From Hemiscyllium ocellatum (taxonomy: Eukaryota), in NCBI RefSeq assembly GCF_020745735.1, contig NW_026867603.1:1798001-1862000 (forward strand): a stretch of DNA of 64,000 nucleotides, read 5' to 3'. Both the position numbers and the translations under genes were made by a program. Under the pieces are notes generated by a model. The model saw only the letters and a program-made list of their open reading frames with translations. It was not told where the DNA came from and ran no database searches. This document shows, one piece after another, positions 26,980 to 36,905 of this stretch (its first letter is position 1; every line of letters begins with the position of its first letter).

Positions 26980-28250
26980 TTTTTGAGATCTCTTCAGGAA
27001 GATTGTGTTTAGTTCTGTCATCTCAGTTCCAGGGAGGAGACAATTAAGCTGGACTGGGTTCACAAGAAATTTCCCAAGATGTTACCGTGTATGGAAGTTT
27101 TGAGTTATAAAGATAGGATGGATAGGCTGCGAAATGCTTCACTGGAACGTTGAATACTGAGAGTTGTTCTGATTGAAATTCATGAAATAATCAGAGATAT
27201 AGATAGCGATAATAGTTGTCGTTTCCCTTAGGATCGGGGATTTCCAACACTTTTAACGTGAGAGGAGACAGATTTAAAAGACATGAGGGACAAATTTTAT
27301 ACATGGAAGGTGGCTCACACATGGAAAGAAATTCCTCTGGAAGCAGTGAATGTGGCACAATTCCAACGTTTAAAAACGATTGGATAATTACATGCAGTGG
27401 AAACGTTTGGTTGGATATTGGCAGGAATAGACATTGTGATTGGCATGAACTGTTTGGAAGGAGGAGTCTGTTTGTGTGCAGAAGTTTCGAACGTCAAATC
27501 AGGACAGGCTTTTACATTTATTGATCCTGATGAGTATTTCTGAACTACAGATCTTGGAGCGCAGATTCATATTAATTTGAAAGTGGAATCGAAGTTAGAT
27601 ATGATAGTGAAGAACGCATTCGTCGGCTTGCCCTTGCTGCTCAGTGCACAGAATACAAGAGTTGTAAGGTCATGCTACAGCTGTACAAGACAACACTCCT
27701 TCTTGAGTGGTATGCACAACTCCGGTCTCCCTTCAAAGGGAACGATGTTGTGAAACCTGCAAGATGTCAGGAAAGGTTGACAAGGATGTTGCCAGATTTG
27801 GAGGGTTTTTGCTATAGAGAGTGGTTGAATAGTTTACGACCATTTTCCCTGGAGTGTTGGAGGCTGAAGGATGGCATTACAGAGTTTTATAAAATCTTGA
27901 GGGGTATGGATACTGCAAATAGACATGACCTTTACCTCGGAGAGTGAGTCCAAAACTAGAGGACATTGGTTTAGGGTGAGAATGATAAAATGTAAAAGTA
28001 ACCTCAGGATCAACATTTTCACGCAAGTGTTGGTTCATGGATGGATTGAGTTGCGAGAGTAAGTGCTGGAGGCTGGTGCAATGACAGCAAATAAACAACA
28101 TCTGAATGGATATACGAACAAGGGCATTCAGAGAGCGGTGCACCAATTGCTAGGATATGGGACTGGATTTACTTAATAATTTGGTTGGCATGAATGAGTT
28201 AGACCAAAGTGTCTGTTTCTTTTCTGGATGTTGATTTGACTCCCTGACTT
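26980..28250 (+). mobile_element. Two old CR1 3' fragments in the GPCR intron
   Basis: 'MLQLYKT..LTRMLPDLEGFCYREWL..FSLECWRLKDG' at 27672-27947. Confidence 0.78.
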
Positions 28251-28430
28251 ACGAGTTGCACTGCTAGAATATATAGGGAGTGAGTGAATGATTAAGTTCA
28301 CTGATGCGGATATCTGTAATCATAGTTTCAGGAGGATCAATAACCATGCATTGAGTGCTTAATATATGGGAAGAACAGTAATATAGTCATGCATGGATTA
28401 TACAAATATTAACTGGAAACTGAGCCTTAC

Positions 28431-28608
28431 CAAGGACACCAACGAAACCCAGGATAGGATAATACAAGTACTGAATAATGGCGAGTGTATATTCCATCCG
28501 TTGTAATAATGACAATTGATCATAAAATGTGGAAAGAATCCAAACATCCAACGATAAGCTCTTGTCGGTTGTAACCATCCAGTCTAATATTCTCAGATTC
28601 TGATTCAT
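28431..28608 (-). CDS. First coding exon of a probable GPR139/GPR142-like rhodopsin-class GPCR (partial)
   Basis: ATG at 28608 with an in-frame upstream stop; MNQNLRILDW...LAIIQYLYYPILGFVGVL-G ends in a phase-1 donor G|GTAAGG (28430). This matches the GPR139-type TM1 'YYxxLxxxGxP|N' exon-1 break. Exon 2 not located. Confidence 0.7.
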
Positions 28609-28735
28609 TGTTAGAGCATTCCAGTCTGATGTTCTTAATTCTGATCTCTCCTCCCCTTCCTGTGGAGCTACTGGTCCCTGTTAGTACTGTCCACGTTGCT
28701 GCAACTCATACTATGTGATGGCAGTGAATGGATCC

Positions 28736-28855
28736 TATTTATCAGTAAAAGATGGAAACTCTCCATTGACATCATTACAATCCAAGGAGATTGCCATTAA
28801 TCACAGTCACTGAACAAACAGGTTCAATTAACCCCTTCCTTGCAGCAGTTTGCAT
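28736..28855 (-). promoter_or_regulatory. Candidate proximal promoter of the GPCR exon
   Basis: TATA-like GATAAATA 28736-28743, CRE-like ATGATGTCAA 28766-28775, homeobox-like TGATTAAT 28796-28803, octamer-like ATGCAAAC 28848-28855; motif matches only. Confidence 0.3.
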
Positions 28856-29199
28856 ATCAGAGTTCAAGGGAACATTTACTTTGGTCTCGTTGGATGGTTT
28901 CTAACGGACGAACCTGAAACTCTTAAATCTTGAATCTTCCTTTCTTATTCGAAGGAAAACTGCCAGGGGACTGCAGGTTTGTAGATGTTCCACCCTGTTT
29001 ATTAAAGGAGAAATCGATGTCACGACAGACCAGCTGCACAAAGCAACTTGTGGAGAAATATCTACAATACCATAAGCCAGGATGACACTATTTATTGCAC
29101 ATTGATTTTGTGTAATGCTCCTTCGAGTGTTAAGTCCACTGTGGTCAAACTGTGTACAAATGTGGCATCATTAAGAGCATTGAGGCTGCTTGCCTCAAT

Positions 29200-29400
29200 G
29201 GAGATCAGAGTCGAAACATGAGGTGTCGGAAAAGCACAGGCGATCAGGCAGCATCAGAGGAGCGGGAGAGTCGAACATTCAGCTCTAAGCCCTTCAAACA
29301 TCGCTTCTCATGTTTCTCAGATGCTGTGTGACTGGCTGTGCTTTTCCAACACATACTCTTCGAATCTTGTTCGAGCGTCTGTAATCTTCTCTTTTTCCAG
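29200..29400. mobile_element. Degenerate palindromic PLE-tail mini-element
   Basis: Inverted arms homologous to 18630-18816. Confidence 0.7.
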
Positions 29401-29639
29401 TGACACAGTGAGATGAGATCATTCAGTCCACTTTAATCTACTTTCACTTGAAGAGTGGTGAAACTGGAAGATTGGCAGATGTTGCAAGGGAATCAGTGCA
29501 AACAAAGAGACGTGTTATTTCAAATGCAGCGGGTCTTACTGACAGGGCATTTGGACCCAAAATTGTGCTTTTTGTGTTCCTGTACCTGATAAGGCACGGA
29601 TCTCAACTAGATAAAGTTTATTAGCTGCTGATAATCCAT

Positions 29640-30850
29640 GGATGAACGTGTCATTCGATGCTTTAAGCCTGTTATAAAGGAACACGAGGAGGCAATTCTG
29701 CCACTCGATTCTGTTACAGGAGAAAAGAAAGCAGCCAATAGGTCGTTCAGCCTCTTCATCCGTTTGAAGATGAATTGGAAAAGGGCAATAAGCCTCTGAA
29801 GCCTTTTAATCAGGAAAATGAGGAGGCATGCAGTTCCTCGTGCCTGTTCCACAGGAAAGTAGCGGAGTCCATTTTACTCTTGAATGAGGTATGTGCAATG
29901 AAGAGGAGGTCATACAGTCTCTCCAGTCTGCCGCACTGTAACAGGATGCGGTCATTCAGCATGTTGAGCCTGGTGCACATGATTAGGAGTAGGCCGTTCA
30001 GCCTGTCAAGCCTGTTCTTACCATCTGGAGGAGGCCATTCTGCCACTTGATTCTTTAACAATGGAACAGTAGGAGATCACTTAGACAGCTGAATCATTTA
30101 CAAAAGATCAATATGAAACCATTCAGTTTCTCAAGTCTGTTAGAGGGAATAGGTGGAGATCATTCATCCATTTTAGTTATTGAAGGGGAACAGGACGAGG
30201 TAATTCACATTTTCTGGCCTGTTGCAGAGGGAGAGAACGTTGTGATTACGCCTCTTCATCCTGATAAGCAGGAATGGGGGGTGGGGGTGGAATTCACATG
30301 CCAAGCCTGTTCCAGGAGCAGAAAGAGTCCACTAAACCTCCCAAACCAGTTATAGGCAAAAGAAAGAGGACATTCGGTGTCTCACACTTGTTAAGATTGA
30401 ATAGAAGGAGCCATGCATTCCATTGACCCTGTCACAGTGAAACTGGAGAAGGCCATTCAGTCACACGTGACCTTGGAGGACGAAGAGGTAGATGAAATTC
30501 AAACTCTTGAGTCTGTTACAGGAGTATAAGATAGGGGTAAGGCAATTTACTTCCTTTAGCTTTTACATAGGAACAAGAGAATACTCTTCAGCCTCTCAAA
30601 TCGGATATGTTGGAGCTTCAGAAGGATATTCTGACTCTGAAGTCTAATACATGAGAACAATAACATCATTTAATTGTTGGTCCCGTTACAGCGAATTCGG
30701 ATGAAAGCTTTGAGCCTTTTGAGTGCGTAAACTGGGAAGCGGAGGAGTTTGTTTATCTTCTCAAACATTTTGTGCAGGATGGGAGTAATCTGCCTCTTAA
30801 GCCTGTTACAGAGGAACAGGGTATACCATTCAGACTCTTCCGCCCATGAC
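29640..30850 (+). repeat. Highly degenerate ~41-42 bp tandem array
   Basis: Motif ~GGAACAGGAGGAGGCCATTCAGCCTCTCAAGCCTGTTACA recurs at ~29781, 29821, 29862, 29901, 29943, 29985, 30026, 30068, 30109, 30151, 30191 and onward. Confidence 0.75.
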
Positions 30851-30916
30851 AGCTAACCGCTGTGCCACCGTGCCACCATCCACTTGCTTCGATTCGCCTT
30901 CACTATCCTTAAACAG

Positions 30917-31201
30917 AAAGTTTCACTATGATTAGGTACATTTCACAGTCAAAAGAAACAAAAATCACTGTGCACTGTGATAACTCGTAAATTTTTGGTG
31001 AATTATAACATGGGTAAAAATCCAATATTGCCCAAAGAGAAATTTCTGTAGTAACTTGAATGAGGGCCACATGAATTGCACGATACGTCTACGAATTGAG
31101 AGAAATAATTTGGCAATGCTTCGTGCAGCATCATATGTTTTATGTGCACCTAAAACAGAATTTTGGCCACAACAGGCTAAAAAGAATGAAGCTATTGAAG
31201 G
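30917..31201 (+). pseudogene. Candidate decayed Ig-like domain exon 1
   Basis: AACAG| ... |GTAAGC, 285 nt; 'ITVHC', 'IITWVK' and 'LRIERNNL..ASYVLCA' across frameshifts; paralogous to 32209-32487. Confidence 0.35.
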
Positions 31202-31588
31202 GTAAGCTGAAAGTGTAGAAGGTGGTTTTTGAACCAATGCCAATACCCAGGTCAGAATTTTAATTTCAAATCCAGACAACTTGACCACGCTACAATGTCA
31301 CCGCTGAGCTTGCTGTAGTTTGCATGTTTAAAATCGCTGCAATGCAGCACAAACAGATAATAGGAAAAGTCCGGCTTGGACCTTGATCCTGCTGTAAGAC
31401 ACCATCAGGGATAGCCAACCCACAGCACCAATTTTGCACGACAGCCCTCCAGTGCATCTTTCAAAACAGAACAATCACGAGTTATATTGTGAGGGAAAAT
31501 GACAATACTTCTGAATTTGTACATTCTTTAGTTACAAAGGAATAACTTACATGTTTGAGGTGGAAGTTCGGAAGGCGAGAGTTTTCCA

Positions 31589-31889
31589 TTAGATTAGATT
31601 AGACTTACAGTGTGGAAACAGGTCCTTCGGCCCAACAAGTCCACACCGACCCGCCGAAGCGCAACCCACCCATACCCCTACATTTACCCTTACCTAACAC
31701 TACGGCAATTTAGCTTGGCCAATTCACCTGACCTCATCTTTGGACTGTGGGAGGAAACCGGAGCACCCGGAGGAAACCCACGCAGACACGTGCAAACTCC
31801 ACACAGTCAGTCGCCTGAGTCGGGAATTGAACTCGGGTCTACAGGCGCTGTGAGGCAGCAGTGCTAACCACTGTGCCACCGTGCCGCCC
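31589..31889 (-). mobile_element. HE1/V-SINE, full length
   Basis: (TTAGA)n tail and antisense A/B boxes. Confidence 0.95.
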
Positions 31890-32208
31890 ACCAAGCATTC
31901 TGGAAGGCTTGATTCTTACCACTGTTCCAATGTGTTTCATTAATGTGGGGCATGTGAATGTCGCCGTACGCATGGAAAGGTCCCAGTGCAGAACAGCACA
32001 TAATCAGTGTGCAGAATCATTGATGCTACATTGAAATCTGCACAATGTGTGCTGTTCTCACTTGTTGTTAAATCTAAATGGAATTTGCTAGTTTATTGCA
32101 AATCTTCTCGCCAATATTTGCGGTTAAATAGGGCAGAGAAAAACAATTTCAATTCCTTGTGGCATATAATTTTGTTGCATTTCTCGCCTCGCCGCTTCCG
32201 AGTAACAG

Positions 32209-32487
32209 ATGTGTTATGTGATATTGACCCCGATTTGCAAAAAAAGCAGCTGATATGCCGGTTTCTGTTTGTTTGTGTATACGCAATCGCTGTACAAATG
32301 GACGGGTGGTGAGAGGAAGCTAGCAGAAGCCGTCACAGGAACTGTTGGTGTGGAAATCAATTTCTTGACATATTTACGCTAGAGAGAAAATAAAAACTTG
32401 GCAAAGCTTCATGCAACAGTGCATGTTTCATGTGCGCTTGGAACAGGCATTTTGGTCACAAAGGAATAAAAATGAAGCTATCGAATG
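32209..32487 (+). pseudogene. Candidate decayed Ig-like domain exon 2
   Basis: AACAG| ... |GTAAGC, 279 nt; 'QLICRF', 'YKWT' and 'YLR*RENKNL..HVSCALGTGILVT' across frameshifts. Confidence 0.35.
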
Positions 32488-32539
32488 GTAAGCTGAGAGC
32501 AGAGAAGGGGGTAATCGAAGCTTTGTTAGTTCCCCACCA

Positions 32540-34100
32540 TGTCTCCATACGTCCTAATCACAATTTGTCGGGGCAGGTCATGCATCACAAGTCTTATTGA
32601 GTTAATTGAGAATGTGACGAGTCAAGTCGATGAAGGCCAAGCAGTGATGTGGTGAATATACATTTCACTAAAACATTTGCTGAGGTTTCCAAATGTTGGC
32701 TAATTGAGAAACTTAGGAGTTATGGGATCCAGAGAGGCTTGGCTGTCAGGTTACAGAATTGGCTGGATGAAAGAAGACAGCAAGTGGTAGTGAGTGGAAA
32801 GCATCCTGCCTGGAGATTAGTGACTAGTTGTGTCACGCAGGAATCTGTTCTTTGGACTCTGCTCTTTGCAGTTTTTTAACAAATGACTTAGGTGAAGAAG
32901 TGAAAGGTTAAGTTAGTAAGCTGACTGATGTCAAATGTTGGTGATGTAGTACAGAGTGACATTGATAGGTGTCAGAGCCAGGCTGTGTGGTGGCAGATGG
33001 AGGTTAACCAGGATAAACTTAGATGGCCTACAGTGTGGAAACAGACCATTTGGCGCAAAATGTCCACACCATAGCTCCGAAGAGCAACCCACCCAGATGC
33101 ATTCCCCTACCCTACATTTATCCCTGACTAATGCACCTAATAATATTGGCAATTCAAATGGTCAATTCACATAACCTGCACAAAATTGGATTGTTGGTAA
33201 CTGGAGTACCCAATGGAAATCCTCGCAGACACGGGGAAAATGAGCAAATTCTACACAGACAGTTGTCTGACGTGGTAATCAAAGCCTCGTCCCTGCTGGT
33301 GTGAAGCAAGGTGCTAGTCACTGAGCCACCGTGGTATCCTGAATAATGATTCACTTTGGAAGTTCGAATTTGAATATTGTGTACGGGAAATAGACAGGAT
33401 TCTTGATTGTGTGGAGGAACACCGGAATCTTGTAATTCTATGCACATAAATTTCTCAAAGTTGCCACCCAATTTGATTGGATTGTCAAGATGATGCTTTG
33501 ACTTTCATTAACAGGGACATGCAGTATAGGAGCCGCGAGGTTTTGGTGCAGCTTTATAAACCCCTTGGAGATTACAATTGGAATGTTGTGTCCAGTTCTG
33601 ATCGCCTCATTACAGGTAGGATGTACATGCTTTAAAGAGCGTGCAGAGGGGATTTATATGGATGCTGGCTGAATTGGACGGCTTGTCTTATGAAGAGAGA
33701 CTGAGGGAGCTAGGGCTTTTCACTCTGGAGAGCAGAAGGAACAGAGTTGCCTTGATTGTGGTGTAGAAGTTAATGAACGGCATAGATAGATGAAATCGCC
33801 AGAGACTCTTTCCCAATTCGGAAATGGCGGTCATGAGGGGTCATTGTTCTATGGTGATCAGAGGAAGGTACCTGAGAGATGTCAGTGGGATAAATTCGTG
33901 TCGTGGATGCGTGGATTGCATTGCCAGCGTTGGTCGTATAGTTAGTATCATGATGGACATTTGAACAAAAGCTGGACAAGAACATAGATGGGAGTAAATT
34001 AAAGAGATGTGTGGGTTTGGTTGAACTCAGGTTAAGATAAATGCTTGGAACAACAGCGTGGGCCGAAGCGACTCTAATGTGCTGTTCTGTACTGCATTCT
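32540..34100 (+). mobile_element. Decayed CR1 RT to 3'UTR, with a minus-strand SINE at ~33018-33333
   Basis: 'KLRSYGIQRGLAVRLQNWLDERRQQVVVSG..VTSCVTQESVL'. Confidence 0.85.
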
Positions 34101-34483
34101 CTGCTCTGTGGAAACAATTCATCACATCGTTGTGTCATTTCGTATGGAATTTTCCTCAATGGAGACAAATGACAAGACAACAGGAAATTGTGGAAATTGT
34201 TGGTAACGACTTGGTTTTTCAGACCATGAGTGATGACCAACTCGGCAGGAACTCATTCAGAAACAGAAACCCCAGAACATTCTTCATTTAGATGCAAAAT
34301 TGCGCATGGAAACACAACGGATTGCCTATCACTTGTTTAACCATTTGTTTACGATTACAAATCTGAACCAAGGAGTGATATTTTCGGTTACTAAATCATG
34401 CAGTATTTGCAGCAGCAAAATGAACTCGGATCGCTTCAATCTGCCGCAAACGTGATGGAGAGATTATCAGAATCTGTAGAGAT

Positions 34484-34616
34484 AGTCCTTCCTGAAGAAG
34501 GGCTTATGCCCGAAACGTCGAATCTCCTGTTCCTTGGCTGCTGCCTGACCTGCTGCGCTTTTCCAGCAACACATTTTCAGCTCTGATCTCCAGCATCTGC
34601 AGACCTCACTTTCTCC
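34484..34616 (+). mobile_element. 133-bp solo PLE-tail insertion starting at a hammerhead
   Basis: TSD CTGTAGAGAT at 34474-34483 and 34617-34626. Confidence 0.88.
34489..34522 (+). ncRNA. Minimal hammerhead ribozyme
   Basis: UUC-CUGAAGA-A-GGGC-UUAU-GCCC-GAAA-CGUC-GAA, intact core. Confidence 0.8.
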
Positions 34617-35864
34617 CTGTAGAGATGGCAACAATTCGATTACAAATGAAACCGCTTAAGTTCGAGATGAAGAAATAAGGAAACGGCTGCTAAAATGAAG
34701 TGTTTAATTTACGATTAAAAGCAAAAGAGAGGGAAAAAAGATAGAGCAGAGAAAGAAAAAAGAGAGAGCCTTCGAAATTAAAAAAAAAAGCTGACTCTTA
34801 AAAAAATAAAAGTCACATTAAAAGGGTCTCGATAAAGGCTGAGACTAAAGTTTTTTGAGGAAGAGAGAGAGAATGAGCAATCGCCTGGTAGTTAGAAGCC
34901 TAATGAGAAACTGTCCGGCTGTGTTCAAATTTTGCCTAAAGTTTATGAGAAAGGTGTGGAAGCCTTCATCATCTCATGTTAAAAAGATGGTTAAGCAAAT
35001 GCAGTGGCCAGTGGCAACGTGGTTTTTGCTGATCTTGACATAACTTATAGGCAGGACAAATGAGGTATTCGAATCACAATCAGAGGAGATACCTGGGAAT
35101 ATCAGGAGGTGAAAAAAGAAACATTTTAAGTGGATATGAGGTTGTCGCAAAAACCTATCAACAACTTGTCAAGAACAGAAGGAGGGACACTGGTCAAAAC
35201 TATAATGACTTTGAAAGGATCAAACAGAGTAATTTCGATAGATGAAGAGGAGCATGAAAAATCGAACAAACATATGGGGGTTGGGTAATTATTTTGGACG
35301 AATTAAAAAATTCACTGACTGAAGTAATGCGAACTCATTTGGAAGAACCGAGAGTTAACACAACAAGGTTAGCAGTTGAAATGATTGATGATTATAAGCT
35401 GGTCCATACAAAACGTTTTTGCTTTCAGAATCAATTTCAGTCCGTGAGGGATAGAAGTTGGGGCAAAGAGAATTCCTCAAGTGGAAAGATAGGTATCAGT
35501 GAAGATATTAAGGATAACTTGCCACAGGGTAAAAAATGAAACCATTGACGACGACAAAGGAGTTAAAAAGCTCCAGTGTTTTCGTTGTAATAAAGTGGGT
35601 CACATGAAATGACAGTGTTGGTGGGCTAGAAGAAAGACAGATGTCGGGAAACCAGAACAGCCTGGACGCTTTGTTTGACGAGTAACAAAACCTCATGGGA
35701 AGTTTTACAACTGCATCAGCATGTACAAGGTGATCAGAGATTGGCTCAGGATGAAGTGGCAGATCTGCTTAAAAATATACGTGCAAGATAAACATTTATT
35801 CATATAGATCAGGAGAAGGAAGTAAGGAGTTGACAGCACGAATGGACAGAGGATATTCTCAGAC

Positions 35865-36905
35865 TGTAACGAACAAAGAGCAAAGAACAAAGTAAAGTTA
35901 AATGCAAGGAACAGGCCCTTTAACCCTCCAAGCAAGAGCCGATCCAAATCTACTGTCTGAATCTGTCACCCAATTGCGAAGCATGTGTATCCAACCGACT
36001 CTTGCATCTGTCCAGTCGCATCCTAAATGAATCTACCGTTCCTGCCTCTCCTAACCCTTTTTGCAAGGCGTACCAGGCACCTAGCAACATCTCTGCAAAG
36101 TACTTGCAACGAGTGTCCACTTAAACATTTCACCTCTCACCTTAAAAATGTGACCACTCGTTATTGAATCCTTCATCCTGTGAAAAAAGCTTATCTCGAA
36201 CTACCCTGTCTGTACCCTTCATGTTTTTGTAGACCTCAGTCAAATCCACTCTCAATCTCCTTCTTTCTAATGAAAACAAACCTAACCTACTTAACCTCGT
36301 TTCACAACTTGCACGTTCCAAAATAGGCATATCCTTGTAAACTATCTCTGCACCCTCTTCAAAGTGTTCACATGGTTTTGGTAATGTGGCGATCAGAACT
36401 TGCATGAACAAGCATTTCCACAGAAAGAGAGTGAATGCACCCCTGTGTGTTATTACTATACAAATTATGTCTTATTGAGGAAATGGAGACCATCACACCT
36501 TCAAGCAGATGAGAAATAGGCAGAGATTCAGAAACTTGTTTTGCCAGTAGTGTATCGAAAGGCTCTGCTGAGATTGGCACATGAGTTATCATTTACAGGT
36601 CATTTATGAGCGACGAAAACACAGTCTAGAATACAAGGATATTTCTAAATTCTAAATTCAGCCAAACCAAGTCTTGTACCATTTTAACATGACCTGAGAA
36701 CACTTATTCTAAATGCCCCGCCTGATCAAGGCAAGCATACCATATGACTCTTGACCACTCTATACACCTCTGCAGCAACCTTCAGGGTCCAATGGACCCG
36801 AACTTCCAAATCTCTCTTCTCATCAACTTTGCCCAAAGCTCTTCCGTTTACTGTATAATTCGGTCTAGATTTAGACTTCCCAAAATGGATCACCTCGCAT
36901 TTGCC
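35865..36905 (-). mobile_element. CR1 3' fragment inserted in Gypsy element 2
   Basis: 'RLSRLGLFSLERRRLRVDLTEVYK'; (GAACAAA)n-like tail at ~35868-35890. Confidence 0.85.
36400..36647 (+). repeat. 248-bp near-exact copy of 37408-37655
   Basis: Offset 1008 bp, about 3 mismatches; sits inside the CR1 fragment. Confidence 0.92.

Noticed and set aside
29640-30850. CRISPR-like periodicity, or a repetitive EQEEAIQPL-type protein
   Set aside because: Vertebrate DNA with no unique spacers or cas genes; all frames are interrupted by stops
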